A DNA stretch of 64,000 nt, taken from contig CAZJVU010000002.1 in the NCBI GenBank assembly GCA_964550035.1, positions 118,894 to 182,893 of the forward strand, written 5' to 3'. Positions within the stretch are counted from its first letter, which is position 1. The number at the start of each line of letters is the position of its first letter. The notes beneath the pieces are model-generated. The model saw only the letters and a list, made by a program, of their open reading frames with translations. It ran no database searches and had not been told where the DNA came from. The stretch is from an uncultured Candidatus Saccharibacteria bacterium (GTDB lineage Bacteria; Patescibacteriota; Saccharimonadia; Saccharimonadales; EFPC-124). This document shows positions 39,928-49,247 of this stretch, piece by piece. Position numbers and translations under genes: made by a program.

Positions 39928-40662
39928 GTGCACAGCGCCAAGATCATCACGGGTCTCAGCGGTGTCCGACAGGTCATCGCTGACCCGGTGAACGACAACG
40001 GTCAGTACACCCACCGCCTGTACATTCTGGCGGAGGATGGACCGTACGAGTTCTGGTGGCGCGACGGCGGAGATGGCATGCACATGAGTCATCTCGATAG
40101 CATCAATAGTCCGGTCACGATGGCCAAGTCACGTGGGCCGGATGGCGTGGACCAGCTGTACGTAGCCACGCCAACCTGGGTGTACGAGCTGTGGTGGTGG
40201 CCCGGTCAGGGCATTCACCACGGGTCGATCATCAACATCGCCCAGGGTGACATCCGCAGTCTGGACAAGGGTGCAAACCTCCCGGACGGCGGACAACTGC
40301 TGTACACCGGCACGTCGACCACCGCGTGGCAGACGTACTGGAACAGCAGCACCGCGCCATCGCATGGCACGATCGCCATGGGTCAGACCAACGCTATCGA
40401 AGTAAAGAAGGATGTCTACAACGGCGTCCACGAACTGTACCTGGCCACTGGCGACCATGTGCAGGAATACTGGTGGAACGGAGCGAGCAGCGGTGGCGGC
40501 GAACTCATTCGTATCAGTCAGAACAACATCACGTCGTTCGACAAATCCAGCGACGGCGCGGATCAGCAGATCTACACCGCGTCGGGCGACCTCGTGTATG
40601 AGACGTGGTGGAGGGCGGGCGTGAGTCCGACGAGTAACGTTCTGTTCAAGGTCGCACGCTGA
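39928..40662 (+). CDS. Continuation of the WW-repeat beta-propeller (same frame as 38596..39909)
   Basis: Five more repeats of LY.A....V.E.WW..G.G.H...I..I.Q..I.S.DK....DG. The frame is identical to the upstream ORF. The only break is TAG 39907-39909. Confidence 0.7.
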   Translation: MHSAKIITGLSGVRQVIADPVNDNGQYTHRLYILAEDGPYEFWWRDGGDGMHMSHLDSINSPVTMAKSRGPDGVDQLYVATPTWVYELWWWPGQGIHHGSIINIAQGDIRSLDKGANLPDGGQLLYTGTSTTAWQTYWNSSTAPSHGTIAMGQTNAIEVKKDVYNGVHELYLATGDHVQEYWWNGASSGGGELIRISQNNITSFDKSSDGADQQIYTASGDLVYETWWRAGVSPTSNVLFKVAR

Positions 40663-40788
40663 TCGTGGCCAGCGCCCAAAGCACACGGCCCAGGTCAGCC
40701 CGGTGCCGTTGCCCTCACAAAGGCGATGCGTACCGGGCTGGCCAGGCTTTAAAACGAGAACTTATATATAATGACAAGCAAATGTGAG

Positions 40789-40821
40789 AAGGCGCCCGCG
40801 CGAGTTACGCGCGGGCGCCTT
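40789..40821. terminator. 14-bp perfect GC hairpin between convergent genes
   Basis: AAGGCGCCCGCGCG-agtta-CGCGCGGGCGCCTT. Confidence 0.6.
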
Positions 40822-40837
40822 GGCCGGACGAGGGCAG

Positions 40838-41146
40838 TCAGCCGCAACGCTGGGTGGCGTCGCAGCCCGACCGCAGGCAGGGCCGCACCTGCGACGTGAT
40901 GGCGTGACCGTGGTAGTCGTCCACGCTGCTGTGGGCGTGCCCGCTGCGAGTCTGGGGCGAACCCCAGTGGTGCTCCACCTTCATGTCGACATCGCCGCAG
41001 TTGGAGCACTTGCGGAACGCGTGGCAGGGGAGGGAATCCGACTGGTTGCCCACGCGCCGTCGGAAGGCCGGGTCAGCGTCGACTCCCTGCCAGCTGGAGT
41101 AGTCGTGCCCGCTGCAGAGGGCTCTGTTCAACCACCTGAGTACCAT
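40838..41146 (-). CDS. Small Cys/His-rich hypothetical protein (102 aa)
   Basis: Start MVLRWLNRAL, with GGAG/GAGG upstream and the extended -10 TGGTATATT further up. Contains CSGHD...CHAFRKCSNCGDVDMKVEHHW...HAH...HGH...CLRSGC...C. The strand choice in this GC-rich block is uncertain. Confidence 0.4.
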   Translation of the reverse strand: MVLRWLNRALCSGHDYSSWQGVDADPAFRRRVGNQSDSLPCHAFRKCSNCGDVDMKVEHHWGSPQTRSGHAHSSVDDYHGHAITSQVRPCLRSGCDATQRCG

Positions 41147-41248
41147 TTCAACCTCATCTCCGCTCGGTCGTATGGACCAAGCAACTATGGCTATACGAAA
41201 TATACCATCAAATCGGCCGACGACAAGAGCATCTTGTGCATTTCTCAA

Positions 41249-41800
41249 TTATTTCTCTAGCTTGAAGGCGGGCATCGTGACATCTATACCGATCAGGCTG
41301 TGGCTGGAGTCAAGTGTTTGGCTGGGATTGCAGGGGTCTTTGGAGCCGGGCTTTTCTATGATGACTTTGAGTTCCACGTTGCCATCCTCGAGCTCAGGGT
41401 AGGGGCTTACTTTGCTGACGTTGTCGTACCATTTGATCTGATTGGGCGTATCGTACTGTTTATTTCGGTCGTCGGGGACGAGGTGGTAACCATTTTCGGC
41501 GGCTGCCTGCGTGGCCAAATTGACAACGTGGTCGCCAGTGGCGGCAACTTTGTAGTAGGCGCGGTTGTACGGCACTCTATTATCTATGCCGCGGCCAGCG
41601 TTGCCGCCATCGCAGACGAACGTCGCGCCTTTGTTGGTAAGCGACTGGCCAATTGGCTTGATCATTTCTTTGGCGTAATCGGTGCTGCCCGAGCCTGTTG
41701 CCACGATGGCCCACACCGCTCCTATAATAAGGAGTGCGAACAGCACGAACGGCAGGGTCGTGTGTATCCAGCTACGTTTCGGTGGGGTAGGAGTATCCAA
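41249..41800 (-). CDS. Membrane-anchored hypothetical protein (183 aa)
   Basis: N-terminal TM segment (LPFVLFALLIIGAVWAIVA) and an extracytoplasmic domain. Confidence 0.55.
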   Translation of the reverse strand: MDTPTPPKRSWIHTTLPFVLFALLIIGAVWAIVATGSGSTDYAKEMIKPIGQSLTNKGATFVCDGGNAGRGIDNRVPYNRAYYKVAATGDHVVNLATQAAAENGYHLVPDDRNKQYDTPNQIKWYDNVSKVSPYPELEDGNVELKVIIEKPGSKDPCNPSQTLDSSHSLIGIDVTMPAFKLEK

Positions 41801-41870
41801 GATACCCTCAGTATACCAAAACCTCCTTGCCCTGGCTGTGCTACACTATACATATCTAAGCATTAGCTCT

Positions 41871-42932
41871 ATGGCCCGAAAGAAAAAGCGCACGAACAAG
41901 CTCCTCGAATACTTGATGCACCACAAGTGGGTGACGATAATCTTTGGTTCGTTCGCGGTCATAATGCTACTGATCGGACTGCTCAACACATTCGTCTTCC
42001 TGCCGGTCAAAGACCCGAATCTTGGCGTCAGCTTCAGCCGCGAGCGAAGTGAGGAGCTCGGCCTGGACTGGAAAGCGAACTACACAGCGCTACTGGATGA
42101 CATGAGCCTCAAACATTTTCGCCTGATGAGCTACTGGTCCAGCCATGAGAAAGTTCGCGGTCAATTCGACTTCAGCGACCTGGACTGGCAGGTGAGTGAG
42201 GCGGCCAAGCGAGGAGCGAAGGTCGACATCGCACTAGGTCTTCGCCAACCACGCTGGCCAGAGTGCTGGGAGCCCGACTGGGCCCGTCAACTCAGCGGCA
42301 ATGCCTGGAAGCAAGCAATGTACTCATATATACAAGTCGTCGTAGATCGCTACAAGAATAATCCAGCCGTCCAGAACTGGCAGCTCGAAAACGAAGCCAT
42401 GAACAACTGGTTCGGCGGCTGCGGCGCGCCCGATCGCCAGCGGTTAGACGAAGAATACGCCCTGGTCAAAAAGCTCGACCCAACCCATCCTATCCGCATG
42501 AGCCTCAGCGACCAACACGGCCTGCCGCTCGGTACGCCGGTGCCGGACCAGTATGGTTTCTCGGTGTACCGTGTAGTGTGGAACACCTTTAGTCCGTGGC
42601 ATTTCTACATTGTGTACCCGACGCCCATCTGGTATCACCGGCTGCGTGCGGTTGTGATCGATTGGATCCAACACCGACCCATCTACATCCACGAGCTCCA
42701 GATGGAACCATGGGGACCAAAGGATACCAAAGAGCTGACACTCAAGGAGCAAGACAAATCCATGAGCGTCGACCAAATCCACAAAAGCTTGAAGTTCGCC
42801 CGCCAGATCGGCGCGAAAGACATCGACATGTGGGGCGGGGAATGGTGGTACTGGCGTAAGATCAAATCCCATGACGATAGTATTTGGGATGCGGTGAAGC
42901 AAGAAGTTATAGACGCTCGTGATGGCAAATAG
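41871..42932 (+). CDS. Glycoside hydrolase, clan GH-A TIM-barrel type (GH5-like), membrane-anchored
   Basis: Start MARKKKRTNK at 41871, then a TM segment. WQLENEAMN (acid/base NE) and IYIHELQMEPWG (nucleophile Glu context). Confidence 0.6.
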   Translation: MARKKKRTNKLLEYLMHHKWVTIIFGSFAVIMLLIGLLNTFVFLPVKDPNLGVSFSRERSEELGLDWKANYTALLDDMSLKHFRLMSYWSSHEKVRGQFDFSDLDWQVSEAAKRGAKVDIALGLRQPRWPECWEPDWARQLSGNAWKQAMYSYIQVVVDRYKNNPAVQNWQLENEAMNNWFGGCGAPDRQRLDEEYALVKKLDPTHPIRMSLSDQHGLPLGTPVPDQYGFSVYRVVWNTFSPWHFYIVYPTPIWYHRLRAVVIDWIQHRPIYIHELQMEPWGPKDTKELTLKEQDKSMSVDQIHKSLKFARQIGAKDIDMWGGEWWYWRKIKSHDDSIWDAVKQEVIDARDGK

Positions 42933-43075
42933 GCTGAGTAGCGCCGGTCAATTCGATCTTGAAGGCACCTCGGAAGCACGATTTGTGTTATCCAAACACA
43001 AATCGTGACCCGTACGTGCCGCCAAGTCGAATGGCCGAAAGCCAATCACCACAGATGCATTATAATAAGAGTCAA

Positions 43076-43921
43076 ATGAAAGAGCCCGAACCCCGCCACC
43101 TACATATCCTCGGCAGCGACGTCCGCTACTGGATCTACAACGACAACCGCGAGCACACCATTGTAATGGTGCATGGTTTTCGCGGCACGCACCATGGATT
43201 GCTAGAGGTTATCCGGGCGTTGCCGGAGTTTCGAATTATTATTCCAGACCTGCCTGGGTTTGGCGAATCAACGCCCATGGACGTGCCGCATGACATCGAG
43301 AACTACAGTCAGTTTGTAGTTGAATTCACTCGCCACATGAAATGCACAGGAAAGCCAACACTGCTGGGCCATTCATTCGGTTCGATCGTCGCCACCAGCG
43401 TTGCCGCGCTGCAACCGGCACTGTTCGACAAACTCATCCTCGTGAACCCAATTGCCTCACCGGCGCTGAAAGGACCGCGCAAAATTGGTAGCCTTGGCGC
43501 AAAGCTCTACTACCAAATCGGCGCCGCACTTCCCGAAAAGTCCGGCCGCAAACTGCTGGGCAGCCGCGCGATGGTCAAGCTTACCAGCGTCATACTTGCA
43601 AAAACAAAAGACAAAGCACTCAAAGCCGAGATACATCGCCGACACCTCGAGCACTTCAGCTCATTCCAAACCCGCGAAGCCTTACTCGAGGCGTTCAATG
43701 CGTCTATTAATCATACTGCTACCGAGTTTGCACCGAATATCCAGCTGCCCACGCTGCTCATTGCCGGGTCTATCGATGATGTCGCGCCGATGACAGGTCA
43801 GTTCGAGCTGGAGCGCAAGCTACCGAATGCTCGACTTGTCGTGATAGATAATGTCGGGCACCTCATTCACCACGAGGCGCCGAAGCAAGCCGCTGATGCT
43901 ATTGTCCAGTTCCTGAGCTAA
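43076..43921 (+). CDS. Alpha/beta hydrolase
   Basis: MVHGFRGTHHG, nucleophile elbow LLGHSFGS, C-terminal GHLIHHEAP. Start taken as MKEPEP, 9 nt after TATAAT (43061-43066). Confidence 0.8.
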   Translation: MKEPEPRHLHILGSDVRYWIYNDNREHTIVMVHGFRGTHHGLLEVIRALPEFRIIIPDLPGFGESTPMDVPHDIENYSQFVVEFTRHMKCTGKPTLLGHSFGSIVATSVAALQPALFDKLILVNPIASPALKGPRKIGSLGAKLYYQIGAALPEKSGRKLLGSRAMVKLTSVILAKTKDKALKAEIHRRHLEHFSSFQTREALLEAFNASINHTATEFAPNIQLPTLLIAGSIDDVAPMTGQFELERKLPNARLVVIDNVGHLIHHEAPKQAADAIVQFLS

Positions 43922-45113
43922 CGAGTTCGTGCGCGTTTTCGGATTCGCGCATTGCGATGACGTGCTTGTAAAGCGTGACGAACTGCGCAATTGTGTGGCT
44001 GAGTTCGTGCGTCTTGGCAATGGCTAGACTTTCTTTACTCATCTTGGCACGGAGCTTGTCGTCGCCCAAAATGGTAGCGAGCTTTTCGGCCATCTCCTCG
44101 TGGTCATCAAGGTCGTAGAGGTACCCATTACGGCCGTCCTGACAGAGCTCATACAGCGCGCCGACATTCACGGCAACGACGGCAGAGCCAGTCGCCATGC
44201 TTTCGAGCATCGCCAGACACTGCAGCTCAACAGGGGAGGGCATGGCAAAGACATCGGCCAGGCGGTGAAAGGTCGGGAGGTCTTCGTCTTCCACAAAACC
44301 TGCCATAGTGACGTGATCTTCGAGGTCGAGGCGCTCGATGAGGTTCTGGAGGTTCTCCATATCAGTGCCTTTGCCGACAAGCACGAGATGGATGTCGTCG
44401 CGCTTTTGCAAAAGGTCTTTGGTAGCATGAATAAGCACCGATATATGCTTCTCTGCGTCATGGCGACCGACATACAAAATAATCTTCTTGCCACGCGGTA
44501 CGTCAAACCGATCATAGAAATCGTCCGGCACAGAACCAGGGCTGAAACGCTTGAGATCGATGCCATTACTGATAGCCATGTACGGCGCGTGGAACGAATC
44601 GCCCTTCAGCATAGTAATAGCCGCCTCAGTTGGCAGCGTCACAAAGTCGGCGTTGTTGTAGAACCGAGCACCAATCTCCTTGAGGATATAGTTGATAGGG
44701 CGAGAGAAGGGAGCAAGCAAACGGAGGTTGTCGACCAAGTTCTCTGGCATAGCATGGTTAGTCGCAACCAGCGGAATGTTCATCTTCTTGGCGCAGCTCA
44801 CGGCAGCACGCCCGATACCTATCGGCGTCTGTACGTGAACGACATCAGGTTGGAAATCCTCAACGATTCGCTTCACCTCACGATACGGCGACATCGATAT
44901 TCGAAAATTCTGATAGAAAGGAAAAACGACCGAGCTCGTTCGCATAATGCGGTGATTGCGGTCGATTTCTTCATATTTCTTACCTGTTTGTGATGGCGCA
45001 ATAACGAGCACATCGTGGCCTTCGGCAGCAAGACCGTACGCAAGGTTGCGACCAAAAGTCGCCACACCATTAATGTTCGGCCAATGTAAATCAGAGGCAA
45101 TAAGTATACGCAT
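43899..45113 (-). CDS. GT4-family (GT-B) glycosyltransferase
   Basis: MRILIASDLHWPNINGVATFGRNLA...; C-terminal ...VFAMPSPVELQCLAMLESMATGSAVVA (EX7E region). Confidence 0.9.
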   Translation of the reverse strand: MRILIASDLHWPNINGVATFGRNLAYGLAAEGHDVLVIAPSQTGKKYEEIDRNHRIMRTSSVVFPFYQNFRISMSPYREVKRIVEDFQPDVVHVQTPIGIGRAAVSCAKKMNIPLVATNHAMPENLVDNLRLLAPFSRPINYILKEIGARFYNNADFVTLPTEAAITMLKGDSFHAPYMAISNGIDLKRFSPGSVPDDFYDRFDVPRGKKIILYVGRHDAEKHISVLIHATKDLLQKRDDIHLVLVGKGTDMENLQNLIERLDLEDHVTMAGFVEDEDLPTFHRLADVFAMPSPVELQCLAMLESMATGSAVVAVNVGALYELCQDGRNGYLYDLDDHEEMAEKLATILGDDKLRAKMSKESLAIAKTHELSHTIAQFVTLYKHVIAMRESENAHELVSSGTGQ

Positions 45114-45199
45114 GGACCTATTATACTAAATTTGTTCGCCATTTCGTGGAAACTGCCGCTGCAGAGCTTAGGTTACCGCTGTGGTACAGTAGAGGTAGC

Positions 45200-46267
45200 A
45201 TGAATATTTTCTTTGACGCACGCTGGACACGATTTGAGTTTCACGACGGCATTAGCCGCTACTCTGCCAACCTGCTCGAAGCGCTTGCCAAGCTTCACCC
45301 TGTCACCATGATCATCTACGACGAACGGCAGCTCAACTTGCTACCAAAAGGCATACCGCACGTCAAGCTCCCGAACCCAATGTCGGTCAACGAACTCTTT
45401 ACTGCGCGCAAACTTAACGAGCTTGGGGCGGATATTGTCTTCTCCCCGATGCAGATTATGGGCGCGTGGGGTCGCCATTATAAGCTTATTTTTACGCTGC
45501 ACGATGTTATTTATTATCAGTTTCCGTCACCGCCGCACCACCTGCCGCTCACCGCACGAATCGCCTGGCGGCTTTTTCATTTAGCGAAGTGGCCGCAGCG
45601 ATGGCTGCTGGACCAAGCCGACTACGTGGCGACAGTAAGCCATACTTCCAAGAAACTCATCGAGGCTATGCGTCTGACCGACCGTAAGATTGGCGTCATC
45701 TACAACGCGCCGTCGCTCAAACCAGCAAAGCCCAGCACGAGCTACAAGAAGGAGCTCGTCTACATGGGCTCATTCATGGAATACAAAAATGTCGAGCTGC
45801 TCGTGCGCGCCATGAAATTTCTGCCGGACTACAAGCTTCATCTGGTGAGTCGCATCACGCCGGCTCGAAAAGCCGAACTCGAAAAGCTGCTCGACGATCC
45901 CGACCAGGTAATTTTCTGGAACGGCGCAAGTGACGACCAGTACAGCAAACTGCTTAAGTCGGCATGTGCATTGGTAAGCGCCAGCAAGGCAGAGGGCTTT
46001 GGCCTTCCGCTGCTCGAGGCAATGAGCCAAGGCGTGCCAGTCGTTGCGACAAATATGCCAATCTTCCATGAGGTATGTGGCGAAGCGGGGACGTATTTCG
46101 ATTCGAACTCGCCCGAATCATTTGCCAGTGCGGTCAAACATCTTGAAAATCCAGCCGAGCACAAGAAAAAGTGCGAGCTTGGCCTTACGCAGTCGACCAA
46201 GTTTACTTGGAAGAGCTCAGCCGAGCAGTTACTAAAGATCATGAAGCAGTTATCCAAACAGGGCTGA
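45200..46267 (+). CDS. GT4/GT1-family glycosyltransferase
   Basis: MNIFFDARW...GISRYSANL; ALVSASKAEGFGLPLLEAMSQGVPVVATN. Confidence 0.9.
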   Translation: MNIFFDARWTRFEFHDGISRYSANLLEALAKLHPVTMIIYDERQLNLLPKGIPHVKLPNPMSVNELFTARKLNELGADIVFSPMQIMGAWGRHYKLIFTLHDVIYYQFPSPPHHLPLTARIAWRLFHLAKWPQRWLLDQADYVATVSHTSKKLIEAMRLTDRKIGVIYNAPSLKPAKPSTSYKKELVYMGSFMEYKNVELLVRAMKFLPDYKLHLVSRITPARKAELEKLLDDPDQVIFWNGASDDQYSKLLKSACALVSASKAEGFGLPLLEAMSQGVPVVATNMPIFHEVCGEAGTYFDSNSPESFASAVKHLENPAEHKKKCELGLTQSTKFTWKSSAEQLLKIMKQLSKQG

Positions 46268-46365
46268 TTGCCCTCAACTCTATAACATTGTATTATTAGT
46301 CGCACACACGCCTTGAACGGCGTGTGTATTTGCACCTCTCATCCGAAACGTCCCTGGAGGCATCC

Positions 46366-47277
46366 ATGTTGCTCTTGGCCGCATTGCTTGCGGCGCTGAT
46401 CATACTCTTCGAATACACGTACAGCTGGGCGGTTCTGCGTGAACCGCGCCGGCCCCGGATCGCTGCCGTTCATCGCAGCAGCAGCGCGCTCCGGACGTGC
46501 ATCGTCCTGCCCGGCTTCTGTAACCCACCGGGGGAACTGGGGCAGGGGGTGAAGCGCTTCCTGGTTCGCTACGGTCCGATGCTTGTCGTCGACTACGGCA
46601 CGAAGATGCGCTTCAACGACATCTACGCGACCATCATGACCGCGATGGACAAGCTCAAGGGCCCTCGGAAGCTGTTGATCTACGGCCACTCCATGGGCGG
46701 TCCGCTCGGTGCACAGTTCCACGAGCGTTACGAGCGCGACGGAAGCCCGTACGGTCCAATCTGTGAGCTGATCATGGATTGCCCGCCGAGCACCGGCAAG
46801 AGTCTCGCGGCGCCGGCATGGGTCAAGGCGGTACTTCGCATCATCCTCCCGTTCTACTGGGGCGGACCCATCGGCGCGCTCGTGCTGGCGGCCGGCAACT
46901 ACATCAGTCGCAAGACCATGCCGGCGCCTCTGTCGCCCAGTGTCGACCGGGAACTCTACAAGCGCTACGCTCACGGTCTGATGTGGGCGAACAATCGCGC
47001 TGCGATCGCTCAGCTGAAGTACTTGCTGCGCCGTCGTATGTCCAAGGTGCCCGTAGTGACATCCACGCGGGTGATCTGCATCGCCACCGACGACCACTCG
47101 CGCGACAAGCTGGTCCGCCAGTGGATCTCTGTGCCGGACTGGAAGCGCGAGTTTCCGAACCTGCATGTCATCCGCGACAGCCGCGTCGGACACGCCTGGC
47201 CGATGGAACAACCCGAGGCGTACGACAGCATCTTTCGCAGAATCATGCGAAGTGTCGTCGTCTCGAACGCCGGGTGA
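46366..47277 (+). CDS. Membrane-anchored alpha/beta-hydrolase-like protein, GC-rich islet
   Basis: CTGGAGG RBS before MLLLAALLAALIILF. Nucleophile elbow LIYGHSMGGPLG. Followed by the hairpin at 47281-47314. The antisense 333-aa ORF is rejected. Confidence 0.6.
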   Translation: MLLLAALLAALIILFEYTYSWAVLREPRRPRIAAVHRSSSALRTCIVLPGFCNPPGELGQGVKRFLVRYGPMLVVDYGTKMRFNDIYATIMTAMDKLKGPRKLLIYGHSMGGPLGAQFHERYERDGSPYGPICELIMDCPPSTGKSLAAPAWVKAVLRIILPFYWGGPIGALVLAAGNYISRKTMPAPLSPSVDRELYKRYAHGLMWANNRAAIAQLKYLLRRRMSKVPVVTSTRVICIATDDHSRDKLVRQWISVPDWKREFPNLHVIRDSRVGHAWPMEQPEAYDSIFRRIMRSVVVSNAG

Positions 47278-47351
47278 GATGCTCCGGGCGGGCCGCAACA
47301 GGCCCTCCCGGAGCTCACTCCAAGAAATTAACTGATACAATAGAAGATACT

Positions 47352-47810
47352 ATGGCCAAGAAGCCCGACAACCAGACCAAACTCGTCGTCAACCGCCGCG
47401 CGCGGTTCGATTATGATATCCATGACGAATATAAAGTCGGCGTCGTACTCAGCGGTCCGGAGGTTCGTTCGGTTCGCGATGGCCGCGCCAGCCTCCGCGG
47501 CGCATACGTCACGGTAAAGGACGGCGAGCTCTGGCTCACTAACGCCAGCTTTACCGTAAAACAACAAGGCAACCTCGAAAGTGTCGTCGACACGCGTCCG
47601 CGCAAACTTCTCGCCAGCAAAAAAGAAATCGCCCAGATCATCGCCGCCAAAGACCAAGGCCTCACCGCGGTACCGCTCACTATGACCAGCAACACGCGCT
47701 ACATCAAACTGACCATCGCAACCGCCAAAGGCAAAAGGTCCTACGACAAACGCGAGACTATCAAGCGCCGCGACACCGAGCGCGAAGCGCAGCGACTCAT
47801 GAAGCGCTAG
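47352..47810 (+). CDS. smpB: SsrA-binding protein SmpB
   Basis: VVNRRARFDYDIHDEYKVGVVLSGPEVRSVR...LLASKKEI...RYIKLTIATAKGKRSYDKRETIKRRD. Confidence 0.95.
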   Translation: MAKKPDNQTKLVVNRRARFDYDIHDEYKVGVVLSGPEVRSVRDGRASLRGAYVTVKDGELWLTNASFTVKQQGNLESVVDTRPRKLLASKKEIAQIIAAKDQGLTAVPLTMTSNTRYIKLTIATAKGKRSYDKRETIKRRDTEREAQRLMKR

Positions 47811-47882
47811 CCTCCAGCCCTTATTCGCACATTTGCCAAAAGATGTTATCATTAGGCGTCCGTTCCTACCCAAGGGGAAGTC

Positions 47883-48326
47883 ATGGGAGAAAGCGCCCAA
47901 AAACAGGTACAGCGAATCCTTCAAGAGACAACTCGACGCAAGGCCGTCTGGAGCCGATTGGAGAAGATCGCACGCGAAGCAGTTGTCGCTGTCACCACTG
48001 AAGCACGACGACGCGGCATACGCAGCCAGAAATGGCTGGGCGGAACCATGCCGTCCGAATCGGCCACCCTCCGTTTTCCGACAGCTGAAACCCGGCGTCA
48101 TATAGCGGCGGGAACCATCACGCACAGGCTCAACGCCGAGCACACACTCATCGTCGATGCTTCTGGCCAGCTTCGGCCCTGGCGAGGAGATCCCGCCTAC
48201 GAAGGCTACCTCAATGTCACAGATGAGGACGTCGAGGTCTTTCGAGAGGTGGTCGTCAGAGCGCTCATGGGAGCACTCAACGAGTACATCGCCGAGGCCC
48301 GGCGGCGGCGCCAGGAGAGACGATAA
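47883..48326 (+). CDS. Hypothetical protein (147 aa), GC-rich islet
   Basis: Extended -10 TGTTATCAT and an AAGGGGAAG RBS upstream. Hairpin GACCGGGCAAG/CTTGCCCGGTC at 48330-48369. Confidence 0.5.
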   Translation: MGESAQKQVQRILQETTRRKAVWSRLEKIAREAVVAVTTEARRRGIRSQKWLGGTMPSESATLRFPTAETRRHIAAGTITHRLNAEHTLIVDASGQLRPWRGDPAYEGYLNVTDEDVEVFREVVVRALMGALNEYIAEARRRRQERR

Positions 48327-48424
48327 TGCGACCGGGCAAGCGGCGCCGACCATGCGCCCTTGCCCGGTCAGATAGACGATATTATTACGAGGTCTGCGTC
48401 CGGTAAATCCTTGACCAACAGCGA

Positions 48425-49243
48425 CTACTGAAGCGCTAACAACTTCGCTGCTTGGATATGCGAGCACAAACCGCCTTGACCCTGAAATTCTCCGCGACCA
48501 TTGAATAAGTCACAATCGCACGAGAAATCACCATCTTCAGCCTTCTCGACACGATGTGTATCCGTATTACCTCGCACTATAAAACCGTGCTCGTCCTTGG
48601 CGACCTTGCCGTCGGCTAGATAGGGAATGGCGTTCTTGAAAAGTTTTTTGAGATAAGTGTAGGAGTCATCAGATAGGTACTCGCGACTCATATCAACGAC
48701 TGCCTGCTGAGCTCTTCGGGAGAGGCTCCCCAGCAAGCCACGATTCTTTACAGCGTAGCGAAGCCATTCCTTCATTGCGTCTCTATTTTCGGGGGTAATC
48801 TCACAAATGAGCAGACTGGGGTTTTGTTTAATACTCCGGATGAAATCATCATCATAAATCTGCGTGATTGTACAAAGCGCATCATTTTCGCTCGCAAGGT
48901 ATGCGCTAACCAAGTCCTTAAAACGCGCGGAGTAGAGCTGCATTCGAGCAATTTCGTCTATATACAGCAGCTGATTGGGCTGAGTGTAGAAGAATGGCTC
49001 AATAAAGGTCTCTAAATTTTCCACATCCACAAAGTATCGACCGACCGAATAGGGAGTGGGGCGATCAATGCGCGCCAATGGTAGCGTTCGCCCCTGGCCG
49101 TCAACCAAATCAAACCCAATTCGATCATCCTCTCCACGTACCTCATTTGTCACAAACCCAAACGTCTCATTTGCATCGGTCAGTAGTGCCGTGAGGAGCG
49201 TTGTTTTGCCACTGCGATTTTTACCAGTAAGAAGAATTTTCAT
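48425..49243 (-). CDS. P-loop NTPase (THEP1/NTPase_1-like) fused to a C-terminal SWIM zinc finger
   Basis: MKILLTGKNRSGKTTLL, LLYIDEIARM (Walker B). The C-terminus has FSCDCDLFNGRGEFQGQGGLCSHIQAAKL (CxCxnCxH). Confidence 0.7.
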   Translation of the reverse strand: MKILLTGKNRSGKTTLLTALLTDANETFGFVTNEVRGEDDRIGFDLVDGQGRTLPLARIDRPTPYSVGRYFVDVENLETFIEPFFYTQPNQLLYIDEIARMQLYSARFKDLVSAYLASENDALCTITQIYDDDFIRSIKQNPSLLICEITPENRDAMKEWLRYAVKNRGLLGSLSRRAQQAVVDMSREYLSDDSYTYLKKLFKNAIPYLADGKVAKDEHGFIVRGNTDTHRVEKAEDGDFSCDCDLFNGRGEFQGQGGLCSHIQAAKLLALQ

Positions 49244-49247
49244 GGCC

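Noticed and set aside
46339-47340. 333-aa minus-strand ORF covering the whole 46366..47277 gene
   Set aside because: Arg/Ala/Pro-rich low-complexity translation typical of an antisense frame in GC-rich DNA. No RBS or promoter. The plus strand has a TM segment, a GHSMG nucleophile elbow and an RBS.
47811-48424. tmRNA (ssrA) next to smpB
   Set aside because: No GGGGCUG-type 5' end, no tRNA-like TpsiC/ACCA 3' end and no tag-peptide frame. The region is better explained by a protein-coding islet with a promoter, RBS and hairpin.
47328-48467. 379-aa minus-strand ORF antisense to smpB and the 47883 islet gene
   Set aside because: smpB on the plus strand is unambiguous. The minus-strand ORF is an open antisense frame with no start signals.
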